NCBI GenBank assembly: GCA_963711835.1
Contig: CAVQFQ010000011.1
Location: forward strand, 1 to 64,000
Direction of reading: 5' to 3'
DNA length: 64,000 nucleotides
Source of the DNA: an uncultured delta proteobacterium
Lineage (GTDB): Bacteria > Desulfobacterota > RBG-13-43-22
Shown here: in pieces, positions 43,391 to 54,084 of the stretch
How the letters are laid out: the number at the start of each line of letters is the position of its first letter
Numbering within the stretch: position 1 is the first letter of the stretch
Made by a program: the position numbers and the translations under genes
Notes under the pieces: generated by a model
The model's database searches: none
What the model was told of the DNA's origin: nothing
Seen by the model: the letters and a program-made list of their open reading frames with translations, nothing else

Positions 43391-43450
43391 TCAAAACTCT
43401 AACCGGATTTTTGTAAAAGGGTGGGTGTCACCAAAATTACTGGAGGAATA

Positions 43451-44591
43451 ATGGAAGAAATTTCCTTTGAAAATCTGAAACGGGAGGTCATTGACACCCG
43501 TCTCTGCATCTCTTGCGGGGCCTGCATAGCCGTCTGTCCGGTGAGCTGTCTCTCCTTTAAAGGTGATGGCCCGGAGTTGGTGGAGGAGTGCACCAGTTGC
43601 GGCCTTTGTGTACAGGCCTGCTCCGGATCAGGTGCTCCACACGACGAGCTGGACCGGCGGCTTTTCGGACGAGTTAGAAATGAAAATGAGGATTCCGGCG
43701 GTTTTGGAATCCATCTTTCCGATCGCAACCTGATCAGCAGTGATCACGACCTGGCCCGAATCGGTTACTCGGGCGGGAAGGTCACCTCGCTCCTGACCTA
43801 TCTTCTGGAAAAGGGAGAAATCGACGGCGCCATCATCTCACGCTGGGGCCGGACCTCCCCCTATCCCTGGTTTTCCTGGCCGGTTATCGCCGCCACCCGG
43901 GAACAGATCATCGAAGGGGCGGGCAGCAAGTATGTCTTCAGCCCGGTACTCATGGCCCTGGAGGAGGTGGCCCAGCGAAACGACCTGGGCTCGATGGCCC
44001 TGGTGGGCCTCGGCTGCCATGTCCAGGGTTTCCGCAAGCTCCAACTGATCGGAGACAGCTTCGACGAGGTTGACCCGGAAGGTGAAATACGTCTTCGGAC
44101 TCTATTGCGGTTCCCCCATAGTCCAACACCAGGACTTCATGGATTATGTATCGAAGCTGTGCGGGGTTGCCCCGGAGACGATCGCCAGCATCGACTTCCG
44201 AAGGGTATCAACGGAATTCGATGTCCTCTTCCAGATTGTTCTAAAAGACGGCGGGAAGACCGAGAAACGTCTGAACCTTATGGAATTGTTTCCGGTCATC
44301 GGGAGTTATCCGAAGTGGCATCGATGCAGCCTCTGCACCGATTATTCAGCCGAATTCGCCGACATCTCCTTCGGCGGGTCCCACGTAACGGCCAGGACGC
44401 AGGCCGGCGAGGACCTGGTAAATCAGGCCCTCAAGGACGGCCGGCTGACAGAGTTTGAACCGATCGCCTACCTGCAGGAAATGGCGGAACAGATTGACCG
44501 GTTCAATATCAAAGTCAAAAAGAAACGCAACCGGGCCAGGATAGCTGAACTAAGGGCCAAAGGAGAAGCGGTTCCAAAATACGACGGATAA
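43451..44591 (+). CDS. F420 hydrogenase/dehydrogenase beta-subunit family (FrhB/FdhB) with N-terminal ferredoxin (frameshift near 44070)
   Basis: CISCGACIAVCP, CTSCGLCVQAC, SGG.VT.LL.YLLE.GEIDGA, GSKY, VGLGCH, GLYC, CSLCTDYSAEFADISFG. Confidence 0.85.
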
Positions 44592-44715
44592 AGAGGCTTC
44601 CAGCATCTAAACCGGGGTGCCGACATTATCCGGTTCCGAGTTGTAGACGACGGTGTGAAAAATGATACCCTGTCCAAATTGATCTGCTTGAAATAAAAAC
44701 AATAGGGAGGCAATC

Positions 44716-46467
44716 ATGGACAAACCCTGGTACAAGCTGTGGCCCGATGTGTATCCGAAGTCGTTGACCTACTATGAAGGCAGCATTTGGGATTTCATGG
44801 AGGCCAGCGCCAGACGCTTTCCTGAACGGGCGGCTTTGATCTTCATGGGAAAACCCATGAGCTTCGGGGAACTCCACGACCAATCCCTGCGCTTGGCCAC
44901 CGCCCTGGCCGACCTGGGGGTGAAAAAGGGAGACCGGGTGGCCCTGTTCATGCCCAACTGCCCCCAGTTCGCCGTTTCCTACTACGCGGTCCTTAAGATC
45001 GGAGCCATCCTGACCATGTGCTCGCCCCTTAACAGCGAAGCCGAGCTCAAATACCAGATTAACGACTCCGGGGCCGAAACCGTCATCACCCTCAAGCTTA
45101 ATCTCCTGATGGACAAGCTGCTCAAGGTGAAGGATCAGACCGGCCTCAAACGGGTCATCGTCTCCGGTCTGGAGGAAGCCCTTCCGGCGGTTAAGAAATA
45201 CGGTTTCCTGCTTCTAAAAAGAAAGAATATCGCCTCCATTAAAAGCGATCCGGCTGCCGGCATTTACTTTTTCAAAGACCTCCTGTTGAAATATCCTCCC
45301 AACCCTCCCCTCGTAACCATCAACGGCAAGGAGGATATCGCCGTCCTGGCCTATACCGGCGGGACCACCGGACTCCCCAAGGGGGCCATGATCACCCATT
45401 ACAATACCATCGTCAATGTCGCCCAAGTGGCCAACTGGAATGCCCCAGCCTTTGGAAATCAGATCGTAAAAGATCTGTCACCGGAAAACTGCAATCTCCA
45501 AGGCTCGCACTTTACGGCCGTCAATGTGGTGCCCTGGTTTCACGCCATGGGCACCATCGCTTACCTGAATTATCCTATTTTCGTCGGAACCACCACAGTT
45601 GTGCTTCCGAAATTCGATCCTGGTGAATACTTGAAGGTTCTCGAAAATTACCCGATTGACGCCATGGGCGGGGCTCCTCCTATTTATACCGCCCTGCTTA
45701 ATCATTCGGATTTTTCGAAATATGCCCCCCAATTCAAGAAAGTCAAGGTTGCCGCCAGCGGCGCCGGGCCCTTACCCGTTGAATACCTGAATCGGATGAA
45801 GGAGGTGATTGGAGGGGTCTTTATCGAGGGCTATGGGATGACCGAATGCACCATGGCTGTTTGTCTTAATCCGACCCCGGAGGCGGCGGTCCGCAAACCG
45901 GGTTCGGTCGGCATACCGATTTTCGATTCCGAAGTCAAGATCGCCGACCTGATGGACGACACCAAAGAGATGGCCATCGGCGAAGAGGGCGAGATCCTCC
46001 AGAAAGGTCCTCAGGTCATGAAAGGCTACTGGAACAATCCCGAGGAAACGGCCAGGACCCTGAAAGGCGGTTGGCTTCATTCGGGCGATATCGGCAAGCT
46101 GGATGAGGACGGCTATCTCTTCATAGTGGACCGGATTAAAGACATGATCAAGTACAAGGGTTATAATGTCTTCCCCAGGAACCTGGAGGAGATCCTCTAC
46201 CAGCATCCCAAGATAAAAGAAGCCGCGGTCATCGGGATCCCTGACCCGGCCGTCACCGAGTATCCCCGGGCCTACGTGGTCTTGAGAGAAGGGGAAACGG
46301 CCACGGCAGAAGAGATCATGAATGACGTAAATCCGCAGGTCGCCGGCTACGAAAAGATCCGGGAAGTGGTCTTCAGAAATGAACTGCCCGTGAGCCTGGC
46401 GGGAAAGGTTTTAAAGAGGGAATTGAAAAAGGAGGCCTTGGCCGAGAGGGCGGCGAGGCCGAAATAG
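44716..46467 (+). CDS. Long-chain fatty acid-CoA ligase
   Basis: YTGGTTGLPKG, EGYGMTE, GPQVMKGYW, HSGDIG, DRIKDMI, AGKVLKR. Confidence 0.93.
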   Translation: MDKPWYKLWPDVYPKSLTYYEGSIWDFMEASARRFPERAALIFMGKPMSFGELHDQSLRLATALADLGVKKGDRVALFMPNCPQFAVSYYAVLKIGAILTMCSPLNSEAELKYQINDSGAETVITLKLNLLMDKLLKVKDQTGLKRVIVSGLEEALPAVKKYGFLLLKRKNIASIKSDPAAGIYFFKDLLLKYPPNPPLVTINGKEDIAVLAYTGGTTGLPKGAMITHYNTIVNVAQVANWNAPAFGNQIVKDLSPENCNLQGSHFTAVNVVPWFHAMGTIAYLNYPIFVGTTTVVLPKFDPGEYLKVLENYPIDAMGGAPPIYTALLNHSDFSKYAPQFKKVKVAASGAGPLPVEYLNRMKEVIGGVFIEGYGMTECTMAVCLNPTPEAAVRKPGSVGIPIFDSEVKIADLMDDTKEMAIGEEGEILQKGPQVMKGYWNNPEETARTLKGGWLHSGDIGKLDEDGYLFIVDRIKDMIKYKGYNVFPRNLEEILYQHPKIKEAAVIGIPDPAVTEYPRAYVVLREGETATAEEIMNDVNPQVAGYEKIREVVFRNELPVSLAGKVLKRELKKEALAERAARPK

Positions 46468-46506
46468 GGGAGCGGCTACAGGAAAAAAAGGCAGGAGCCA
46501 TTACGA

Positions 46507-48482
46507 CGAGCCGATCGCTTAACGTGTTGAAGAAAAGTGAAAAAGGACTGTTGATTTAATATCAGCGGTCCTTTTCTTTTTAGAAGAAATCTTCCGCAGG
46601 GGTATGACTGAAAAATTCTAAGCAGCTTGTTACTGATAATAGATAATGTCCTCAACAGTTATCTTGCCCTTTGCCAGTCCCAACCGCATTGCCGGGGTCT
46701 GCTTGTTCTTGCCAACTTCCACAAAATTATAAAAGACACGGAAGATATCCAGTAGTTTGCCAACCATAACCGGTTTATAGGGACCATAGCCAAACCAGCG
46801 GCGGCCCAAGCTTGCCGAACTGCTGATCGGTCTCTCTAGTAATGATAATCTCCTTCGAACTTGCATGAAGAAGCAGTCAATCGCATGGAGACTTGCCTTG
46901 TTGTAGAGCCAGGCAAGATGGTCTTCGTCATACGCTTGGATATCCGTCAGAGTAGCACATGGCCTTTTCGGGTTCTCCCATATTCGGGAATGGATGTTCC
47001 ACCCAACGATCCTGCCATTTCCCGATGTTGACCATCTGGGCCATCTTCTCCTTTATCATCAGGAGCTTTACCTGCCAATCCTTCATATCCGGATGCAACT
47101 GCTTCATTGCTGCCATGCAGCGCCGATTCTCTGCCAGTATCCGGCGCTTTTCGTCAATGGTCGCCTCGGTGTTGATCCGAACATAAAAGGCATCGCAGCG
47201 TCCCTCCTTGATCCTATCAGAAAATGCCGACAGACAAGCAGCCCGGAAGGCTGAGTCCTGATCGAGAAAAAAACGGATCTTCTCTGTGTTATCGAGAAGT
47301 TTCCTAAGAAAGAAGAAGTGCCCATACATGGTGTATTCTCCACGGACCTGCATCCCATCTTTCGGCAGAGCAAGATCGTCATCCAGATTGTCGAACACTT
47401 CGACATCGTCCCTCTTGTCAACGTCCTCATAGGTGGCAGCTATATTATCCCTCAGAGATCCGGCATGGTATGCCAAATCTTTGGGCTCGGGTCTTCTTGA
47501 TGGCCTCGATGTAATCCCCTCGGAGCCAGAGACGGGCATATTGCCTGTAGGCCGGCCTTACTTCGTAATCACCTGAGGCAATCGCATCCCTCTCTATGTC
47601 GTCCGGATTCAGTGAGGGGTCAAAGTTGAGATGCAGGCCGAGGACATAACCGGTCGTGTTGTCAGCGCTGCCGACAGCACGGAAAATGATGTTTCTCCGG
47701 TCGTCGGCGTCCGACCAGTTGATCATATAGTCTTGCCGGTCAACTCCAATATAGAGGCGGGCGAGTGGCATGGTGGAAAGATTGCGTTCCCTCTCAGCCG
47801 CAAAGGAAAGGCACTGCCGATGAATAAAATCGATCTTCCGATAGAGAGTCGACATGGTGATCCCTTCCACCTCGCAGATACGACGGAAAGGCACCTTGTT
47901 GACGAGAAGACGGAAAATAGCAGCATTTTTGTGGGGTTTTCGGTGCCGGATCGTCGGCGACGAAGCGGTAATGAATGTTCTGCCGCACGCCTTGCAACGA
48001 TAGCGTATAGATCCTGCTTTTGTCCGTCCGAACGAGTGATAGTGAGTCTTGCCTTTCTCTGTATCTATATGGTGGTTCGGGCAGTCCTGGTTTGGGCAAG
48101 TCGGGATAGCTATGGTATCAAAAGGCTTCCAAAAGCGGCTCAGCTCTTCATGGATGGCTTTGTTGCTCTTTATCGTTGGATATTGGCCGCAAAAACCACA
48201 CCGAAGCATGGGCGTGCCTCGGCCTGAACCAACTACGTTATATGTATCCCTACCACGTTCCGCTGCTCCCTTCCCTCTGGGCTGTCTCTTTGTGCTCGCC
48301 GGAACACCGAAATTCTGGCACTGTGGATTCTTGCAGAAATTGACCTGAATCCCGCCGACTTCTATCGGGACACGTTCATCAAGCTGGCTTGGTCCTTTGA
48401 TCAAAAAAATCCCCCTACCAGATTCTACCTCGTAGGGGGACAAATGTTAAGCACTTTTTCAACACGTTAAGCGATCGGCTCG
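46507..48482 (-). mobile_element. IS-like element with perfect 25-bp terminal inverted repeats
   Basis: CGAGCCGATCGCTTAACGTGTTGAA at 46507-46531 and its reverse complement at 48458-48482 enclose a single transposase-like gene. Confidence 0.85.
46630..48443 (-). CDS. Putative transposase with multiple zinc ribbons, HTH and DDE-like core (two frameshifts)
   Basis: CKNPQC, CGFC, CPNQDC, GRTKAGSIRYRCKACGRTF (IS1 InsA-like), HTH, GVDRQD, FLDQD, IDCFFMQVRR, YNF..TPAMRLGL. Confidence 0.75.
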
Positions 48483-48579
48483 CCTGACCTGACCCTGCCT
48501 TTTTTGTGCACACTTCGAATGTTAATCGTTAATTTTCGGGTAGTTTCTTTAGAATAGTAGGTGTAAGTCCCCAAGCGGG

Positions 48580-48736
48580 AAGGGTCTGCGACTTCTTTTT
48601 CCTGATCCTTTTCTATTCAAAAGTCCAAGACCTGCACAGTCCTATTAACATCGTCGGAAGATCCCCTTTATTCCCTTGCCTCCAACCTGATTTTATCCTT
48701 GACGGTGTTCTTTTTCTTGTTTTATAGTCTTACCAT
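48580..48736 (+). repeat. About 155-bp direct repeat, copy 1, containing sigma70 promoter TTGACG-N17-TATAGT
   Basis: Shares CCTGATCCTTTTCTATTCAAAA, AGACCTGCACAGTC and CCTTGACGGTGTTCTTTTTCTTGTTTTATAGTC with 55124-55276. Confidence 0.9.
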
Positions 48737-48758
48737 CAAAAAGCAACTTCTATAAAAA

Positions 48759-49409
48759 ATGATGATTATCAGCTTGGTTAACCAAAAAGGCGGGGTGGGT
48801 AAGACAACGATTGCGATCAACCTCGGTATCGGTCTGGCCAGGAGGAACTTTAAGGTAGGGTTTCTGGACACGGATCCTCAAGGCACCGCTTCTCAATGGC
48901 AGTCGATTGAAGGGAATTTAGCTTTTGAGGTGAGGCATCACCCCTCTCCGGTCTCTTCCGTGGACCTAATGGACGCCAACCGGAATTATGGCTGTCTTGT
49001 AATTGACACACCCCCTGCAATGGGAGACATTATGTTGTCTGTTCTGGCCTACTCTGATCTTGCCATAATTCCTTTAGCCCCAAGCGTATTGGACATCTGG
49101 TCCAGCAGAACCACGATTGAAATGATCGAAGAGGCAAAGATAGTCAACCCAAAACTGCAGGGTAGACTCCTCGTCAGTCGAAAGGTCCCAAGGACCAGGC
49201 TGGCCCGTGATGGAAGAGAAGCCATAACTGCCCTGGAAATGGATGTATTCGAAACTGAGATATCTCAAAGAATTGCCTATGTCGAATCAATGATTGCCGG
49301 AGTCTCCGTGTTTCAGTATGCGCCAAAAAGTGAAGCATCGAAGGAGATAGAAGACCTCTGTGAGGAAATATTGCAAGAAATGCAGCTGAAAAGCCGACCC
49401 AATTGGTGA
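48759..49409 (+). CDS. parA: Small ParA-family ATPase (no adjacent parB)
   Basis: NQKGGVGKTT, DTDPQG, IDTPP, RIAYVES...G.SV. Confidence 0.88.
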   Translation: MMIISLVNQKGGVGKTTIAINLGIGLARRNFKVGFLDTDPQGTASQWQSIEGNLAFEVRHHPSPVSSVDLMDANRNYGCLVIDTPPAMGDIMLSVLAYSDLAIIPLAPSVLDIWSSRTTIEMIEEAKIVNPKLQGRLLVSRKVPRTRLARDGREAITALEMDVFETEISQRIAYVESMIAGVSVFQYAPKSEASKEIEDLCEEILQEMQLKSRPNW

Positions 49410-49514
49410 TTGATGTGACCGGCCAGGGTTATGTCCGGGATAATTGTTAACTCAGGATTATTTTCGTTTATCATTTGAAACATCGTTACTGTTGCTGGAT
49501 GGAGGCTAAGAAGA

Positions 49515-49949
49515 ATGGCAAAGATCAAAAAGAGGAAACTTATCTGGGAGCCTTCGACCTCCCCAAACGTCATTGGTTATAAACTCTACTGGGCGGAGGA
49601 AGGAGAAGTCAATTATAACTCTCCCAGCGCCATGATTGGAAATGTGACCGAGGTGGTCTTGCCGGAGCAAGTACCCTCATTTCCTATTGTCAAAGGGTCT
49701 ATTCAACTCGGCCTTACCGCCCTGAACGAAATGGGAAATGAATCAGACATGATGATAGTGGCCGCCCCTTTTCAATTTTCCGCTCCAGATGCCCCAATAG
49801 GCCCAAGGCTTGAAACGTTAAAAGAGTATCATTTCTGCCAAGGATCAAACACCGGAGATAACAAATCGGCGACAGACATAACAGGTCCAGATCTCAGAGC
49901 TGATTTATCTCTGGGAAGAATTTCGGATCATTTACCTATCCAAAGATAA
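49515..49949 (+). CDS. Hypothetical protein with fibronectin type III-like motif
   Basis: L.WEPS.SPNV.GYKLY, TALNEMGNESD, PDAP; GGAGG RBS. Confidence 0.65.
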   Translation: MAKIKKRKLIWEPSTSPNVIGYKLYWAEEGEVNYNSPSAMIGNVTEVVLPEQVPSFPIVKGSIQLGLTALNEMGNESDMMIVAAPFQFSAPDAPIGPRLETLKEYHFCQGSNTGDNKSATDITGPDLRADLSLGRISDHLPIQR

Positions 49950-50298
49950 CCGGCAAGAGAAAATCTTTGATGCTTTAGACTGGTTGGGGGTTTTTGCTTC
50001 TCATATCCCTGACTAGCCTGAACAAATGATTCGTTATATGTTTTTCATAGTAACGCTTCCAGGAGACTTCGTTAAAAAGATATGGATCTCCTTAAAATTC
50101 CTTCCTGGTTCTATTGCCTCCTAATAAGAAAGTTCTTAAAAATAGGAAAAAATTAAAATAATAATTCGCTCAGACATGTATGAAATATCATACATTCCTT
50201 TCTGAATTCCGTAGGAAAACTCATTCATTTAACCCTTTTCAAATATCCTCTATCCTAGAAAAACTTAGTCATTCCATGAGATATAAAAAATAAAAAAA

Positions 50299-50313
50299 TG
50301 GCACATCTTTTGC
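50299..50313 (+). promoter_or_regulatory. Putative sigma54 promoter upstream of exeA
   Basis: TGGCACATCTTTTGC (GG-N10-GC); palindrome ATGTATGA-AATA-TCATACAT at 50176-50195. Confidence 0.65.
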
Positions 50314-50341
50314 GTGAAGAAAAGAAAAAGCTTTATAAATC

Positions 50342-50427
50342 TTTTCTTGTGCCATTTATTTTTCCCTGAAGGTAAGTATACATAAAAACTTGGATTATCA
50401 GTAATCTGCCCGCCCGATCTAAATCCC
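50342..50427 (+). repeat. About 86-bp direct repeat, copy 1 (flanks exeA)
   Basis: ATTTTTCCCTGAAGGTAAGTATACA and CCGCCCGATC.AAATCCC shared with 51434-51518. Confidence 0.9.
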
Positions 50428-50509
50428 GCCCAATCGGCAGGCTGTTTTTAAAAAAAGAGCCCATATCATTTGAAAACATGGGTGTAAAAAAAACAAAGGA
50501 AGATATTTC

Positions 50510-51412
50510 ATGCTGTTAAACTTTTATGGTTTTTCGGATAAACCTTTCGAATTATCGCCAGACCTCACGTTTCTTTATCTGACCAAGAGCTACAAGAAGG
50601 CCCTGGAGACTATATTAACAGGAATATATGAAAAAAAGGGGTTGATGGTCCTTATAGGTGAAGTTGGAACAGGGAAAACCATGTTGATTCACGAGGTCAT
50701 GGAGAGGCTCCCCCAAAAAGTAAAAACGGCTTTTATTTTCCATTCCACTTACGAATTTAACGAATTGCTCCAACAGATTTTATTTGAGTTGGGAGAACCG
50801 GCGGCTTGTGAAGAGACCCAAAAGTTCAAAAAGCCATTCTTGGTTTATTTGAGAGAGCTCAGGGAGCAGGGGGAGTTACTGGCCGTCCTGATCGATGAAG
50901 CCCATTTACTCCCAAAGGATGTGGTCGAGGATCTGTTCTGCCTCTTCGAATTGGAACCCTGGATTTCCGAAACCCTCCAGCTTGTCCTGGTTGGGCAGCC
51001 AGAGCTCGAGGAAACCTACGTTGCCGCTTTCTATAAGTACCGGCTCCCGAAGACCCCTCTAGGGATAAAGATTAAACCTCTGTCAGCGAAAGAATCGCTG
51101 GATTATATCGAGCATCGACTGAGAAGGGTCGGAAAGTATTCGATTGAAATTTTTTCCCCTCAGGCCGTTTCCCTGATAGTTGAAAAGGCTGAAGGAATCC
51201 CCAGGGTGATCAACAACATCTGCGATAATGCCCTTTTTACCGGTTATAATGCCTCTGTGAAAATAATCGGTGCCGATATTATCCAAAAGGTCATCCGAAA
51301 TCTTGATGGGCCGGACTATAAGCCTACCACTGAGGCAAAGCACTTCAGGAATGTAGCTTTTCGATATATCTATCGTAAATGGCATCAGTATCCTCGTACC
51401 CAAATGCCATAG
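50510..51412 (+). CDS. ExeA/GspA-like AAA ATPase without C-terminal peptidoglycan-binding domain
   Basis: FYGF..KPF.L.PD..FLY, GEVGTGKT, IDEAH, LVGQPEL, YI.HRL, GIPRVINNICDNAL. Confidence 0.9.
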   Translation: MLLNFYGFSDKPFELSPDLTFLYLTKSYKKALETILTGIYEKKGLMVLIGEVGTGKTMLIHEVMERLPQKVKTAFIFHSTYEFNELLQQILFELGEPAACEETQKFKKPFLVYLRELREQGELLAVLIDEAHLLPKDVVEDLFCLFELEPWISETLQLVLVGQPELEETYVAAFYKYRLPKTPLGIKIKPLSAKESLDYIEHRLRRVGKYSIEIFSPQAVSLIVEKAEGIPRVINNICDNALFTGYNASVKIIGADIIQKVIRNLDGPDYKPTTEAKHFRNVAFRYIYRKWHQYPRTQMP

Positions 51413-51433
51413 CAATAAAGCAATGGGGTTCTT

Positions 51434-51518
51434 TTTTCTTGTACCATTCATTTTTCCCTGAAGGTAAGTATACAGAAAGCTTGGGTTATCAGTAGTCTGA
51501 CCGCCCGATCCAAATCCC
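51434..51518 (+). repeat. About 86-bp direct repeat, copy 2
   Basis: Aligns to 50342-50427 with scattered substitutions. Confidence 0.9.
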
Positions 51519-51974
51519 ACTTACGCCTTCTTTTTTCCGTACTTCCTCTTACCACTATTTTGGTTTTTCCTTTTCAGGGGACATCCTATATTACGGTTCT
51601 TTGTTGAATTTAGAAACGGCAATGGCATGATTTAGCCCAACTTAGTTATATCGAGCAAAGGAGATAATCAGAAACTGAATAACAGTAAGAAAGGTGTATT
51701 CTCCAGCCTTACAAGTATAATTAACTCAAGTAATTACGTTAAGTATACTTTCTATTTTGTAGAATATGCTGAAACTTTTTGATATTATCCGGAAAATTAT
51801 TCAACAATTTGTTAGGCGGCGAGTATCCCATCCTTAATTACTGATGAAAGTGAAGGGAATAAAATCCTCTTTTTCCTCCAATCTGTATGAAAATGCCTTC
51901 ATGATGAGAAAATCAGGAGGTGAAAAAAAATAAATATCTCCTTATTCCAAAGTGTTATCTCTGATGGCCCTATC

Positions 51975-51989
51975 TGGCATACCTTATGC
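51975..51989 (+). promoter_or_regulatory. Putative sigma54 promoter upstream of ldt-lpp
   Basis: TGGCATACCTTATGC (GG-N10-GC); TGTATGAAAATGCCTTCA at 51884-51901. Confidence 0.55.
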
Positions 51990-52034
51990 TTTTAGATAGA
52001 GTAAAGCTACTCTTCAGCCCTGTTCGATACCACC

Positions 52035-53374
52035 ATGCGCCGAATCATTGACTTGTCACTCTTATCCAATAGGCTTCGTCCTATAGTTCTTTTTATCGTC
52101 ATCTTATATCTCCATGGATGTGCTACAACGAAAAGCGTTCATGAGGAATATCGGCCCATTCCAAGACCTCTGGAAGAAAATATCGAACGAAATGAGTTTT
52201 CAGTTGCAAAAGGAGATGATGTCATTGGCCGGTTGGCTTTCATCAGTCTTGAAAAGGGGGATACGCTACCGGATATTGCGAGGCACTTCAGCCTGGGAAT
52301 CAATGGAATCAGTGCAGCTAATCCAGGGGTAGATATATGGGTGCCTGAGGCCGGAGAACGTATCCTGTTGCCTCTGAGTTTTATCCTGCCGGACGCTCCT
52401 AGAAAAGGCATCGTGATCAATTTAGCCGCAATGAGGCTTTTTCAATTTAAAGGAGATAGTGAGTCAATGACGGTGTTGACCTACCCGGTCGGTGTCGGTA
52501 CCGAAGAGCGACCCTCGCCCACAGGTCAAATGGTTGTGGAGCGCAAGGTAATCCGGCCGACCTGGCATGTACCTGCCTCAATTGCTAAGGATCATCGAAA
52601 AAAAGGAGATCCTCTGCCCGCTGCACGTTCCGCCGGGACCTCAAAATCCCTTGGGAGAATACGCGCTATATTTAAGTAAGTCGAGTTATTTGATCCATGG
52701 CACTAATAAACCGGCCAGCATTGGTCTCCGGGCAACCAATGGCTGCATAAGACTCTATCCGGAAGACATGAAAAAACTCTATGAGAACACTCCGGTTAAA
52801 ACACCGGTAACTCATCGTTAACCAGCCATATCTCCTGGGTCAAAGTAATGGAGTAATTTACCTGGAGGTTCATGCGTCCCCGGAAGACTTGGACGTTGTT
52901 GAGTTTGATAAGATATATGCAAAATTGAGAAATATTGAAAAGGAATCGGGGCGCACGCTTGACTGGAGCAAGGTTAAGAAAGTATTGGCCGAGGCCCGGG
53001 GGATTCCAGTTCCCATATTCGAGATCAGCCAGGGAAGCGGAAAAGGGGTTGCGGAAACCATAGAAGTCAAGCACCCGGACGAATTATATGGCAGACCGGA
53101 AATACCGGAACTGAAAACAGAGGCCTGGTCTGTTTTGGCTGCTGACGTGCGTGACGAGATTGATGCTGTAAGACTTGCCGCCATTATCAACCACCAGGGT
53201 CCACAAATCCCGGCCAGGGTGTTATCAAAGAATGGTAGCTACCGTGTTGTCGCTGGCCCTTTCAATGATATCAGAGAGGCCAAAGATGCAATCAAACGCT
53301 TGAAAATTGATTTGGAAATAGAGGGTATATTGATTGAACCTGTCAAGAAGAGACAGTCGAGAGAAAGGAGGTGA
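52035..53374 (+). CDS. L,D-transpeptidase lipoprotein (ErfK/YbiS/YcfS type) with LysM and C-terminal SPOR-like domains (two frameshifts)
   Basis: Lipobox LHGC, GDTLPDIARHF..ANPGVD.W.P, INLAAMRL, YPVGVG, P.W.VP.SI, PGP.NPLG, LIHGTNKP.SIG.RATNGCIRLYPED, YRVVAGPF. Confidence 0.88.
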
Positions 53375-53381
53375 TTAGACG

Positions 53382-53747
53382 ATGAAGAAGAGTCTTTTGA
53401 TGATCTCAATGATGCTTGTTCTTGCTGTTATTGTGGGAGGTTGTGCAACAAGAGGCGACCTCGCGAAAGTTCAGTCGCAGCAAAACATGACTAATGCGAA
53501 AGCTGATCAGGCAACTCAGGATGCGCAGGCTGCCAAGGCGGCATCTGATGCGGCCACTTTAAAGGCAAATGAAGCCGCAGCCCGTGCCGAAAATGCTGTA
53601 AAGATGGCCGAGGAAAGGGCGAAGATGGCCGAGGAAAAGGAGAAGATGGCAGAGGAAAAGGCAAAGCTCGCCGATGAAAAGGCGAGAATCGCCGATGAAA
53701 AGGCGAAGAAGGCTGAAACCGTTTTCCAGAAATCAATGAAGAAGTAA
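53382..53747 (+). CDS. lpp: Lpp/OprI-like alanine-zipper lipoprotein with C-terminal Lys
   Basis: Lipobox VGGC, Ala-rich coiled coil, ends FQKSMKK, directly after an Ldt. Confidence 0.8.
   Translation: MKKSLLMISMMLVLAVIVGGCATRGDLAKVQSQQNMTNAKADQATQDAQAAKAASDAATLKANEAAARAENAVKMAEERAKMAEEKEKMAEEKAKLADEKARIADEKAKKAETVFQKSMKK
53601..53705 (+). repeat. Five tandem 21-bp (heptad) repeats inside lpp
   Basis: AAGATGGCCGAGGAAAGGGCG-like units encoding KMAEERA/KMAEEKE/KMAEEKA/KLADEKA/RIADEKA. Confidence 0.9.
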
Positions 53748-53790
53748 GTCAATTTTATGGGTAGCCGTTAACTTTGCCTTTAGCGCTCCG

Positions 53791-53829
53791 GAAGGAAGTG
53801 GCAGGGTTTTGAGACCCTGCCGCTTCCTT
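53791..53829 (+). terminator. Strong hairpin downstream of lpp
   Basis: AAGGAAGTGGCAGGGT / ACCCTGCCGCTTCCTT stem. Confidence 0.6.
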
Positions 53830-54084
53830 ATGCTTCCACCATTCAAGTCTGTCTGGACCATTCATTTATTATGGTTAGTGTCCGGCTAATCAGTCACCGG
53901 TCTAGTATAACGGAATTTCAAACGAGGTATAGTTTCAGGATTGACAAAGGATGTCTGCACGCAACTTTGAGCGTTTGACATGACCGGTCAGATCTGTCAA
54001 TCTAGGGATCAGGCTCTCATCAGCAAGAGAGATCATGAAACTTCTGCGATCATCAAACATATTATAATGAACACGAAGGCGTAT

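Noticed and set aside
48550-48585. Cobalamin riboswitch suggested by GGTGTAAGTCC and GGGAAGG
   Set aside because: Other conserved blocks are absent and the spacing is far too short.
48759-49409. Plasmid or ICE partition system
   Set aside because: No parB, parS array, rep, relaxase or integrase nearby.
51633-51820. Complete attC site between GCCCAAC and GTTAGGC
   Set aside because: About 180 bp, longer than typical, with no convincing L-box stem and no preceding gene.
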